64,000 nucleotides of DNA from the human T2T-CHM13v2.0 reference genome, Homo sapiens: NCBI RefSeq assembly GCF_009914755.1, contig NC_060932.1; one strand, 5' to 3'. The notes below the pieces were generated by a model. That model had not been told where the DNA came from. It worked only from the letters and a program-made list of their open reading frames with translations, and did no database searches. Of the stretch, positions 1-13,426 are shown in pieces. Every line of letters starts with the position of its first letter. The stretch's first letter is position 1. The translations under genes were made by a program, and so were the position numbers.

Positions 1-259
1 GCGGTGCTTCTTATGTATTTTTAAAATGGATTCTGGGGTCATATGTTTTGGAAAAGCTAAGTAGATATGTAACAGGTATGTTTATTGTAGGAATTTCTGG
101 GACCTTCTTATTCAACATGTACCTGGTGTTCCCCGCATGTCAGGTGGCAATCCCCAACCAGGCGCTCTCATTTTTGTCCACACTCAGTTGCACTGGACAC
201 AAGTGAGGAAAGCAACTAGTTGGGTAGCCTAACCATGCACAGAGAGGCAACGCCCTCAG

Positions 260-890
260 GATATCCTGTTTGTTCTATCTTCAAACGTATCCAGAATCCA
301 ACAACTTCCAGCTGCTCCATGGTGACCACTCTGGTCACGGCACTATAATTATCACCCGATACCTATCTAACTGCTGTAGGCATTGAGCAGGCTTCCTGGC
401 TTCCAGCCTTGTTCCTTTCTATTCTAATCTCTTCTCAGCGTATTATCTAGCTTGTCTAACTTTGATCAAAACCCTCCAATAGTTCTCTCAGTTCACGGAA
501 TGTCAAAATCCTAATGACCAACTTACACCAGAAGTCTTCCTGTACGTGACCTTTGTTCTGACTGTTGCTTATTTCTAGAATGATTTTCCCAGATATCCAC
601 ATAGCTAACTACCTAACCATTTAACAGTCTCTGTGAAAACATCAGTGTCTCAATGAGGTGAACTCCCTCATTAGAATTGCAACAACAATCTTCCCTATTT
701 TCTGCTCTACACTTTTAAAATAACACTTACTCTCCTTAAAAATAGGAAAATGTATTTTGTTACTGACTTATGGTTTCTCTTTGCTCACTAGGATGCAATT
801 TCAACAAGGCATATGTAGCCTTCACAGTTACTCAGAACAGTGCCTTACCACCATTGGGACTCTAAAAAAATTGCCAAATAATGAATACAT
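260..890 (+). mobile_element. L2 LINE 3' portion (degenerate)
   Basis: L2-type motifs (ttctatcttcaaa..tatccagaatcca; aaaaccctccaat; ttccccagatatccacatagct) and an L2-like terminus near aatgaat. Confidence 0.6.
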
Positions 891-1379
891 TTTTAGGAGG
901 GATATAATGTGCTCATTACTTCTGAAATGTACTAGACCCACAAAACTCTTTTTCAATATTTCTAAAGATCACTGTCTCAGGAAATCTTGATCTAGGACAC
1001 TCAGAAGATGAAATACAAATAATATCTTGAAGGAAATGGAAAAGATAAACTATACATAACATTTGTTTAATTTTGCAACGCCCCTGATATATAGACAAGT
1101 GTGTTTAATGTTCTGACATCTTACTTAGAAGAGAATAAGAAATATCACTATGATGATGTAAATTTGAGAGAGCTGGCAAGCTACCGATCTCACTCTTCTT
1201 TCCCACTGTTGAAAACTACTTTCACCTGGCATGTGCTGGGGATAAACAAAGTACCAAACTAAGCTGAATTCCTTGTTTATGATTCTTCAAGGAACAAGAT
1301 AGATGTAAAGTTAAGCGCTTGTACATCTTATGTTAAAAAGTATCCTGCAATCTTCATACACAATAGATAGAATAATGCC

Positions 1380-1470
1380 AGTGCATACATACAGTCATGG
1401 GTGCATGCATCCATACATCCATATATCCATACATATGTACATCCATTCATACGTACATACATACATGCAT
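1380..1470. repeat. Degenerate (CATA/CATC)n simple repeat
   Basis: catacatccatatatccatacatatgtacatccattcatacgtacatacatacatgcat. Confidence 0.7.
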
Positions 1471-2972
1471 AAATTATTTCTTGCTAGTTTTAGTCCGGTA
1501 GTTTCCTAAAAATAAAATTGCAAATTCCTTTATAAGGGTACACAAGTTTCTTACATCTAAGCAAGAACAGATGATCATCTGTTATAAAATGGTAAAACTA
1601 TTTTATCAAATGAATTCATTTACATCATAAGTTATATAATAATAAAATGTTTATTTTTAAAAGATTCCTCAACTCCTGAAATACAACTATTTACAATGCA
1701 TGTGGCTGTTACTTCTGATTTCACTGCACATTTTTAAACAATGCACTTAGCCCATCTTATCTATTGACATCCTAACATCATAGATGAGCATTTTACTCTC
1801 TTACAGAAAGATTCTTCCCCTTCTCACCCTACGAAATAGTCACTACACTTTGGAGTAAAATTAACAACGGGTGTTTACCTCATTAGGACTATAAAATCCA
1901 AGTCATTTACTATGATTAACTTCTTACCTTGAACAACTTTTTGTTTTCCTGTAATTGATACATCTTACTTTTAGAATGCATAGTATTCTGTGTAACTAGT
2001 GATATTTTCCCTAACACTTCTGCAGTTATATAAAATCCTCAAAATATTTTATCCCATCAAACACATCCAAAAATGGATCCATCCCATTATTCCACCGAAG
2101 ACCTCACTCTTAGAGCCTTTTCAAACATTCTTTCAACCTGACCTGATTGCCCCTGAGGCATTCAGTAGAATGTTTGTCTCAACCTCACTTTTCTCACAGG
2201 CTCTTTACTCCTTGAAATGTCCTCTTCTAGTTGATTTCCTCAATACAGTGAAACATATTCTCCAATGACATTTTATTCAGCACCAATAAGTATCCATTAG
2301 TTTGGCTAGTTTGAAAATTAGTTCCTCTTAGAATTTTGAAGACGTTAACCATTGTTATCTAGTGCTCATGGTTACTGTGAAATTCTGTGCCGTTTTGTCG
2401 CTCAAACTTTTGTATGAGCTCTATTTTCATCCAGAAAAACCCTACAAGTTGTATAGAGTAATTTTTATTGTTTTTTTTCTGGAATTATAACGTAATTTTA
2501 TTTGGCTGATATTTTTCTGAGTTTCACAACATTTTCAATCTAGCAATTTCTGTCCATTTCTGAGACTCTTTTTGTATTGTTTGACAAATACTGCTAATCT
2601 ACTTTCTTGTTATTTCCTGTTGTCCACGTCTTGATTTCATTTTAAATTTTCATCATTTTCTAACACGTGCAAAAATTCCTTCACTTTTTTTTCCAATCTA
2701 TTATTTTATTCAGTTATAACATTTGTTATTGTCTGCAGATATTTCTTGTCTTTGAATGTCAAAATCCTGTTCATGGATACAAAATTTCTGTTATCTCTCT
2801 GAGATTAGTAATAACTTTGGGAAGGTTTTTTTGATTTACTCCATTATATCTATTTTCTTTAAGTTTTTGTCATGCATGTAAGTATGTATTTTTTTGTTGT
2901 TTTTTTTTGTATTGGAGGCTTTTACAACTATCCAGTGAAACACAAAACAATAATATAAATGTAAATTTCTGC

Positions 2973-3293
2973 TTTTTTTTAAAAAAAAAAGAAAAAAACA
3001 AATATTTGTTGGAGACAGAGACTCACTCTGTCACCCAAACTGGAGTACAGTGTCACAGTCATAGCTTATGGCAGCTTGGAACTCCTGGTCTCAAAAGAGC
3101 CTCCCATCTTTGCCTCCCAATTAGCTAGGACTACAGGTGCAAGCCATCTTGACTGCTTAATTTTATAATTTTGTGTAGAGACAGGGTCTTTCTATGTCGC
3201 CAAAGCTGGCCTTGAACTACTGCCCTCAAAGGATCTTCCCACCTAGGCCATCTAAAGCTCTGAGATTCTAGGCATGTCCCATCGTGCCCAGCC
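2973..3293 (-). mobile_element. Alu (old, AluJ-like)
   Basis: Diverged antisense dimer; TSD-like taaatttctgcttttt (2962) / taaattctgttttt (3294). Confidence 0.9.
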
Positions 3294-3976
3294 TAAATTC
3301 TGTTTTTATCTTATGAAGCATGGAGGACATTTTCTGATTAGTTTACTATAGGATTTTGGCATAATCAGATGGGTATTTGATAAAGCACCCCAGATGCCAG
3401 TATTTCTAATTTCTCTGCCATCACTTCAATTTATTCAGTGAAGAATACTGCAGTCTCTTGCTCCATGTGGGTGGAAGGGATGTGCAAGATTGATGGATGG
3501 GCAAGAACGGCAGGAGAAGCCAGTCTAGCTGCCAATGTTCTTGGGATATGGCAGAGAGAGGGGACAAAAAATTACACTCCTTAGTAAAAATAATTTCACT
3601 TAATCTCCATTTTTAGACCTCTTTTGTGCTTGGTGTCCTAAATGCAGAGGCACTGCCACTTAATTCCTGTAAAAAATAAATCTATCTCCACTTTTCTGGT
3701 AGTAAAGCAGGATGAGAGATGGGAGGAGAACATGGGTTGGCGCTGGGAAAAGGATCGAAGAATCTAGTGACGCTATATACGTATTTTTCAACCAGGTGCC
3801 CTGTTTATAGCCTCCCACCTTACTCCTGCATGGAACTGCACCCAGGAGCTCAGGTGTTATGCCTCTCCAGGCCTCCGCAAGAATATAGGCTTATTTCCCA
3901 TGGGTGGCCCTCCTACAGGCAGTCAATTGCCCTCTGTAAGCTTTGGTAAATCAGCAGTAATCCCTTCATTCACTTT

Positions 3977-4282
3977 ATTTATTTACTTATTTATTTTATT
4001 TGAGATGGAGTCTCGCTCTGTCACGCAGGCTGGAGTGCAGTGGTGCAATCTTGACTCACTGTAACCTCCACCTCCGGGGTTCAAGCAATCATGTGCCTCA
4101 GCCTTCTGAGTAGCTGGGATTACAGTCACACACCACCCTGCCCAGCTAATTTTTGTATTTTTAGTAGAGACGAGATTTCACCATGTTGACCAGCTTGGTC
4201 TCGAACTCCTGACCTCAAGCAATCCACCCACCTCGACCTCCCAAAGTGCTGGGATTACAGGGGTGAGACACCATGCCTGGCC
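3977..4282 (-). mobile_element. Alu (AluS)
   Basis: Full antisense dimer with (TTTA)n tail; TSD tcattcacttt on both sides. Confidence 0.95.
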
Positions 4283-5014
4283 CCTCATTCACTTTCTACC
4301 TCCTAGAAATAGATTTACCTCCCTTACCTGCTTTTGTGTCTTTCCTATTGGTCTTTGTGTGTTTATACATTTATTTTTATTGCTATCATTTATTTCCTGT
4401 AACTTAGATGATCTCAGGTGGAAGATAATACGTGTAGTATGAATTTGCATTGAAATTCCTCTGTGTAGACACAGGTGTCTAAAAGCTCTTCTTTGACCAT
4501 ACAATTTTAACACTCAACTCAAGTTTTCTTGGTCACTTAACAAAATAACATGACTTTCATGGCAACGTCAAAATGGTAAGCAATAGAATTATTGAAATTT
4601 TCACTAACCATGGGAGTAGTCACCCAATCATACTAGCCTAACCTAAGCTCATAGAAATACCTCCACTTTCCAATTCCTATCAAATATTTTATACACCTCA
4701 CTTACTAGTATTAAAAAAACAAGCTGATTTCATACCAAATACTCTATAACATATAGATTGTCAAATCCTAAAAGTTAAGCATATGGCACATGTGAAGAAC
4801 ATATAAAATTTCTTATTATCTTGATAGCTGGGTGAATCTGGCAAGACATATCTGGCTTTCTGGGTTTATTTTATTTTTTTTACTTTCTCAAGTGGCACTA
4901 TCTTCATTTTTATCTTCACATTCTTTCCAAAGACTTCAGGACCAAGGAGGAGATAAGAGAAAAGGGAAATACATTAATACATTTTAGAGCAAAATGAATG
5001 AATGAGTAGCAGGC

Positions 5015-5335
5015 AGCCAGGTATGGTGGCTAACACCTGTAATCCCAGCAGTTTGGGAGGCAAAGGGGGGCAAATTGCTTAAGTCCCAAAGTTCAACACC
5101 AGCAGGGCAACATGGCAAAATCCCATTTCTACAAAAAGTACAAGAAAAAAAATAAGCCGGGTCTAGTGGCATGCACCTGTAGTCCCAGCTACCTGGGAAG
5201 CTGAGGTGGGAGAATCACCTGATCCCAGGAGGTCGAGGCTGCAGTGAAACGTGATCCCATCACAACACAGCAAGACCCTGTCTCAAAAAAAAAAAAAAAA
5301 AAAAAAAAAAGGAAGGAAGGAAGGAAAAAAAAAAA
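5015..5335 (+). mobile_element. Alu (AluJ-like) with right-arm deletion and A/GGAA tail
   Basis: Sense dimer lacking the ctgcactccagcctggg segment; TSD atgagtagcagg / atgactagcagg. Confidence 0.93.
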
Positions 5336-6039
5336 GGATGACTAGCAGGAGCACAGAACCAAGAAGGACAAGAAGGACTGGAGTTAATCAATGACCCTGA
5401 AGCAGGTGGATCTTCCAAAAATACATTTTTCTAACACTCTTTAAAATCTTCTCAGAGATTCTCCATTCTCCAGGTTCCAGAAACTCAGTTATGGTCACTA
5501 AGCCAAACTGAAAAAAAATGAAAACTTCTTTGTCATTGAACCTGACAAAAACTCATTTTGTGAATGAAATTGTTCTTTTTATCGTCGTTGTCCACCTGTT
5601 GTGCACCCACGATGGACTTTAATACCAGTCGTGTCTGATGTAATTGCTCCAGCTGTATTTGATGGTTCTGGAGCGGAGTTTGGGGAGCAGGATTTTCAGC
5701 ACATCAGCCCTTGGTGAATTAACCTTTCTTTGCATATGTACTTGCTACCTATTGATTCCTTTTGCTTTGGGTCACTTCTTCACTTCAAAAACTGTCCTCC
5801 ACAATATGCACGTTGCTTTACTTTAAAGAAGGAATCAAATATATTTCAAAGCCTCTCAAAATCTCTATTGTAGGCAAATAGCTTATGTAATGTGAATATG
5901 CACATCTGTTCTGAAGATACAAGCAAATATTTGTAGATAGCATACAGATATCATGAGTTATGTATCTAAGAAAACACACATGAAGGGCCTCTGATATAAG
6001 GATTTTAACACATTTCAGATTTTAAAAATGTTCCCATTG

Positions 6040-6500
6040 ATAACAATTAGCCAATACTTACTGAGTACTTATTGTGTATCAGGCATAGTTGCAAATGCTT
6101 TACATGTATTACTTCAATCAAAGTCAAACCTGTTTATTTAAAGCAGGTGTACACAAGGTCCCCCTATCTGAATATTTTGATTGACCACTCACCTGATTTA
6201 TTTTTCAATTTTATAGATAGATGAGTTGTCTCAGTGATAATGCAGGACATGTGGATTCAGAAGGATCAGAAGGATGACTGAGTCTCTGCTTCACTTCGCA
6301 ATGGGGCATGTGGCCCTGGCCAAACTGTTTAACATCTTTCAGAACCAGTTTTCTGTTTACTTCTTTATAAATGAAAGAACTGGGTTTGTCCCTGAAGTTT
6401 ACTGAATTTCACTTCCTGTAGCTGTATAAGTGGAATGAAAGTACATGCTCTTACTCTCCCATAAGGTTGGCTGGATGTTCAAATAAGATAATAAAATTGA
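6040..6500. mobile_element. MIR fragments
   Basis: tactgagtacttattgtgtatcaggcatagtt..aatgctttacatgtatt (antisense core) plus sense MIR-like pieces. Confidence 0.5.
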
Positions 6501-6754
6501 ATGCACATTTTAATTTTTAGAGTGAAATACTAATGATTATTTAGGAAGGAAAAACTGCCCAGAATTCAATCTAATTTTATGAGCTTCCAGAGACATCTGG
6601 AACAAAATAAATGCATCTTCATGTTGATTGGAGGATAAACATGTTAAAATAAAGAAGATATATATTTACATAAGTAGAGAAAGATAACTTGAAGCAGGAT
6701 GTGTATGTAATTTGAGAATGATCTCTCAACATGTGTGAGCATAACTCAAGTTTA

Positions 6755-7188
<434 letters not shown>

Positions 7189-9019
7189 AAAGAGTTCCAA
7201 ACTATCTCCCGGTATTTGGAACACATTTCCTTGTTAGGCTAATATCAACCATCACTTCCAGATCTCAATGGGACACATCGCGAGGCCCTTAAGGGGCTGC
7301 AGACATCTGAAACCCAACTGTCACTGTCCATCTGAGAGTGACTGATGTGCAAGTGTCACACTGACATGCTAAATACATTTGTGATTGAGAGGTACTGTCT
7401 TAGGTAGGTTCACCCTGTACAAACACAGAAGGATGGTGATGAAATACAAGTTAAAATTTATAATTAAGTTCACTCAAATTATCCTTCTAATAATTTTTAT
7501 TTGGCAAAAAACTAAAAAGGACTATAAAATTGGATTTAACATGTGTCTTAATTTAAAATAACTCAGATATACTCGAACTGTAAAAATCCAAAGAATTTAT
7601 GGCATGCTGTCAACATGCCCTTCAAATTACTGAAGTTAATTATGTAAGATCATCTTTCCCTTATTCACAAGCACGGTTAAAAATATCAACTAAAGTGACT
7701 GAAGCATTGGCAATCCAGTGTTGCAAATTCCTTAGAGAACGTTTGCTTTTTACAAATTGCCATTTTACTTTATGTCATTTTGTACTTCTGATGTTATTGC
7801 ATGGCAGGAAATTGACCAGACATCGCAGTGTTCTCCAGTGGGTGAAGGCTAATTCAATTAGTCACTGATTTGAAATGTCTGAGCAGATAAATTTGTCTTA
7901 AAAAAAAATCAGGGTTCATTCAAAGGAAGAGACTCCTTGTATTCGGAAAATAATTTTAAACACTATGAGCTGTTACTTCTCATTTGTTTGCAAAGAAGAG
8001 CACAGCAGTAAGTAAAAAATCAAAGTTGGATAATACTTAGGTTGAGTTTTTATCAATTATTCTCTTGTCTGTAGCCATTTCAGGCATTTTAAGTTGTCCT
8101 TCTCTGAACAATTAGTTTTAAGATATCCAAGTCTTCTGAAGAAAAAAACAATAATCACTGCCATGATAAAGCCATTTTGCCTATAATACATATTGATAAA
8201 TAACTACATTAGTAAGCACTACTAAGGTAAGAGATGTTAAGTCTATTACCAGTGAATATATTAGGTGTTCTATGTACACACTCTCATGAAATTACTATTC
8301 CATACCTATCTCTAAATCTTAAGCCAATATTTTCCCCCATGCAAATTTGGAAATTCTTATTAACTATTTTTAATTTTAACAGAGTTGTAACAGTACCTAT
8401 ACTTCGGTTCTATGTTCAGTTCTTAAATGATTTTATTCTCTGGTTCTAATGAGCATGAATCTTGCATACATTTCTTCCTCAAATGTTAATAAGTCTGTGT
8501 GTGTGTCGTTCACATAGCATTAGTTCATCAATAATGAACTTCTTGTGTCATGTGACTTACGTAGCTAGAGAACTGTTAGAATTCACAGGGTCGACTGACC
8601 CAAAGTTTAAAAGGAAGTTGTAACAGTTGAGATGACAACTTTACAAGTCAAAGGATGTGCTGACTCCTGCAGTACCATACCGTGTGTGGAAGCAGAACAT
8701 TTGAAACTTTCCAAAATGATTGAAAATGATGTATTTTTTTTTCTAAATAAAGACGATAGGTAGATATAACATGGTCAGAGATTCAAATTGGCATCATTTT
8801 ATATAATTGAATCTGACAAATAAACCAAGCCAGCCAAATTAGAGTTCTTAGGTTAGCTGAGAAATATAATTTGTTTCATGATGGATTTCCATTCAAATAT
8901 GAAAGAGAAGTGATTTTTATTAAGCAGCAAAAATACAAATGCCATACTTCTGAAATAGGATAATTTTTTCCAGATAATTAGATTTTTGGTATTTTAGAAT
9001 CAGGGTTTTGATTCATTTT

Positions 9020-9225
9020 TAAAAATTCAATTTATATTATGGAGAGCTAACTACAAAGTCTGCCAATTTCACCAGTTATAAGTGTACAATTCAGTGACAT
9101 TAAGAACATTCACAAGATTGTGTCACCATCACCACTATCCACGTCCAAAACTTTTTCCTTACCCCCAACAGAAAATCTGTAACTGTTAAAAAAAAATAAC
9201 ACCCAAGCCCCTGGTAACCACTATT
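9020..9225 (-). mobile_element. Old L1M (L1MB/ME-like) 3' end fragment
   Basis: aagtgtacaattcagtg..cattcacaagattgtgtcaccatcaccactatc..agcccctggtaaccact. Confidence 0.7.
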
Positions 9226-12200
9226 GAAATAGAGCCATTTAACTGCAAAGACCTCTACTGCATAGATTAAGATATAGGAAAATGCAAAATGCAAAAACTA
9301 ATTTCCACCTGCACTACTAAAAACCAATTAATATTTTTTATACATATTTTTTTCCGGGCCTGAACCAAAGGAGACTCTCCATAATCAGACCAGTTTCTCT
9401 CCCCTCCCTCAGTGCTGATTTCAAATATTCTATCAACAGCTAGTGTGGTTCAAAAGACTTAGCTATCACTGCTTTCAAATACTAACCTCTACCAGTGGCA
9501 GCAGATAAACGTTTGCTGGTTTAGTTAACAGACCTTACCATGTCTCTTCTTTACCAAAAATAATAAAAATAAAAAAAGGAAAGTCTGGCAGTTGCATCTC
9601 TTCTGCCATTTCCCAACCAGAAGATTAGGATCTACTGCACACCGCTTAGTGCTACACACAAAGCATCAGTCTGTCTCTCGGGTTGCCACCAACTACTGCA
9701 ATGCTCAGCCCAAACATTTTGTCATTCTCTCCATCACTCCATGAATGTTCAAGCCCCTGTGCTTTTGCACATAGGTTTTTATGAAACCAAGATACTGTCG
9801 CTTCTGGAAAGCCACTATTCATTCTCCAGAATTCATCCTGAATGCCACCATGTAGGTAAAGTGTTGACAGCTCACTGACCTGGTGGTTGCTTTTATAATT
9901 TGCAGGACGAATGGATATGTACCTTATTGTACTTTATTATACCATTATCATGGGATTGCGTGTGTGCGTGTGTGTTGGTCTCCTGCTCACTGCTATGCTA
10001 GTGACTTGTACAACAAACCTAATGCTTAGTAAGTTAATGTTCTATAAGAATTACTTAGGCATTTTCAATTTGCTAGGGCAAAATATTTTACATAGACATT
10101 ATTAAATATCAGAATATTGGCATTTCCTTATATAATGAGGAAAGCATTGTACCCCAGATAAAACGAGATGGGGATGCTCTTGCCAAGATCCAGTAGGGCA
10201 AGTTAGCATGCATCATCTATAGGAGCCAGTTCACAGAAAATCTTTCTATTCATATTCATTCATTCTCTCTCTCTCTTTCTGTCTCCATCCATTCCTCCAC
10301 CCAAGTAGAAGACAGGCCAGTGTCTAGGAAATAATATTACTCTTATCTCACAACAGCTCAGTTCTATTTTTATCTCAAAAAGCCAGGTTTTATTCAAATA
10401 CACATAGGGCTGTGCTTTTGAACATGTTGTTCATTTTGAGCCCATTGATTTCGAGGTGTGTCAATATTTTGGGGACTTGGAGGGAAGATTCCTGCGGCTG
10501 GCTTTCTCTTCCACACTATTGCACTATGCTCCACTGTTTTGATTTCCTGAGAAGACAATGAGGCTGCTATGTGGAACTTTAACACTACCTAATTTAATTG
10601 TTTTTCTCAGGCAGTAGTGAATTTTCTCTCTCTTTACTTAAACAAGTAGGATATAGTGTCACTACGAGTGTATCAAAATAAAGGTAGTTTAGAGTTTGAG
10701 TTTGAAGTATACTACGGTTAAAACTGGATGCAAACATGAAACATTTGTGTATTTTACATACGTACCATGCCTTCCATGGTCCGTATATTAATTATTTCTG
10801 CAATACCTAAAAATTGAAATGCAAATGAATGTCCAATAATAGCACACAGAAATGACAAAAGTATTCAGTTTCACATAAAAATAATATATAAAGTAATTGT
10901 ATGTAAAAATTCTATACACATTTAGAAGGCATATCCTACTTTATTATTGGAGGTACACAGTGTAGAGGGAGAACTTGACTTCAGACTCGAATCTTGTTTC
11001 TTACTCTGCCATTCATTCACTTTGGGAGCTGAGTAAGTTGTGAGTCTCTTTGATCTGCCTGTAAGTGATAGATCATTTGTCTGTAAAATGGGAATAAGTA
11101 AATGTGGCAAGGGGATGTGTATTAAAGTACCCAGAACAAAAAGATTCAAAAATGGTATCAGCTTTTATGCTAATGTTATCATTATTTTTATCTTCATCAA
11201 CTTTACAAACATAATTCATGAAAGATGTTTATGTGACCAAAATGACATCGGTCATTTATGAGCTCCATTATAACCCCATTCTCATGGAATAGAGGTTTCT
11301 TCTTAAACTATATGATATATTATGGTAACTTTGGGCAACAGGTGGTATGAACAATACTAATGATCTTGATTTTTTTTTACCAGGAATATCTCTACTCTTT
11401 ACAATGATAGGAAGCTTGTGTGACTTAAACACATCATAAAAACACTTAAATAAAAAGTTATAAATAAATAGCCTGACAAATGCTATCTTAACTCAGGACG
11501 TGGATTCTGAAAGAGCAAGTGTGCCTGCCGTGGTTCTTTTTTTGACAAAACCAAACAAGGGTCTTAATTTTCCAACTACAGAATCTCAAAACCAGGTAAT
11601 ACCCTAGCTCTAGTCATCAAAATCAAAGTATGGTAGATTTTGAAAATTTTTTCAGTATTTTATTAAGAAAGGAAAGTAACGAAGTGCTTTTTATGTAATA
11701 AAGGTTGGAGTTACCTTACAATTCCTTGTTAACATATGATATCAGTGTGTTTACAGAAGAATAATAAGAGTGTTATTTATGGTCCTTTGTAGAGAAAAAT
11801 CTAGTTATTCCAGGGTAAGAATTGACTTAGTCTTAACTAACTTTGGTCTTAACTATGTCTGTGACTTTTTTTGGATCTCATTTTTTTCATATACCAAATT
11901 CAGACTTCAAACAATCTGAACCCTGGGGTCCCTTCCAACTCTCATAATCTATAGTTTTTGAACTCAAAAACCAAGCATATGCTGACATAATGATATTAAT
12001 GATATCCAGTACCTTTAAGTTGATAAAGTGGTTAAAAATTATTTTATATAAGCCTCTTATAAATGCTCTCAACATGGATTTTCTACACATTCATGCTTAA
12101 ATCATGAATTAACTCTGATACTAAAAAATAATCTCAACAACTCTATGGTAAAATAGAAAATACTTATAAAGAAATGTTTAGAAGAAACTCTATTCTCTAA

Positions 12201-13044
12201 CACTACAATAATTCAAGTTTCCATAATTCTAACCTTCTGAAAGGAAAGCTGGCAGACAGGTGGTATTTGCCATAATTATTATAAAACTAAGGAAATGATG
12301 AAGAATTTATTTTTATCTGACATAATTTCTTGAGTTTTAAGCCAGAAATATATTTAGCAGTAGGCTATGTTTACCACACATTCAAAGACTATGATTTCTA
12401 ATTGCAAATGCATGCATAAAAATGTATAGTCTTATTCTTACTTCCTTGCACACATATGACTGAGAACTATTCTGAAATATATATATATATATAATTTGCT
12501 TCTATGATTACATTCTTCATATAAATATTACCAACTTTTATGTCCTAATTCCTCTAAAATTAATACAATTCTCATTATTATAAGTAGAAATATAGAATTT
12601 AAAGATAAGTTGATTTGTCTCATTAATTTTAATTCAGGAAGAAATGGACTGTAATCCCCTTTTAGCTCAGAAATAGTAGTAGGTGATGACTTAGGACATT
12701 TTCTATAAAATAAACTCATTGGGAGCAAACATCATGCATTTGAAGGATAATAAACAGGTGTTAGTGATCAACATTTATCTTCAAAGCAGCAGCCAACAAC
12801 TGAAGAAAGTCTTAAAGAAGTTTAGGGAAAAAGCCAAGGTGAAGAGGTAAGAGATACCATACCCGTTTTCAAGTATGTTCAAGCCTATCTGATAAAAGAA
12901 AGAGTAATATCGTTATACGCTGCCCCTGTAGGTAGAAATGAGACCACACACGTAGAAGTTATAAAAACAGAGACTTCAGGCTTAGTACACAAAGATGGAA
13001 ATTTTTGTGTCCTATAAGAGTCACAAAACCATGGAATGGGACAC

Positions 13045-13426
13045 TGATATTGTTTGGCTCTGTCACCACCAAAAATTTCATCTTGAATTGTAATCCCCTA
13101 CTCCCGATAATCCCCAAGTGTCAAGGGGGAGACCGGGTGCAGGTAATTGAATCATGGGAGCAGTTCCCCCCATGCTGTTCTCATGATAGCAAGTGAATTC
13201 TCATGAGATTTAATGGTTTTATAAGTGTTTGGTAGTTCTTCCTGTGTTCATTCTCCTTCCTGCCATCTTGTGAAGAAGGTGCCTGACTTCCCCTTCACCT
13301 GCCATGATTGTAAGTTTCCTGAAGCCTCCCAGCCATGGGGAACTGTGAGTCAATTAAATATCTTTCCTTTCTAAATTATCTCACCTCAGGCAGTTCTTTA
13401 TAGCAGTATGAAAATGAACTAATACA
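13045..13426 (+). mobile_element. THE1 solo LTR (THE1D-like, ERVL-MaLR)
   Basis: TGATAT..tttggctctgtc start and ..gaactaatACA end; exact 5-bp TSD GACAC (13040-13044, 13427-13431). Confidence 0.93.
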
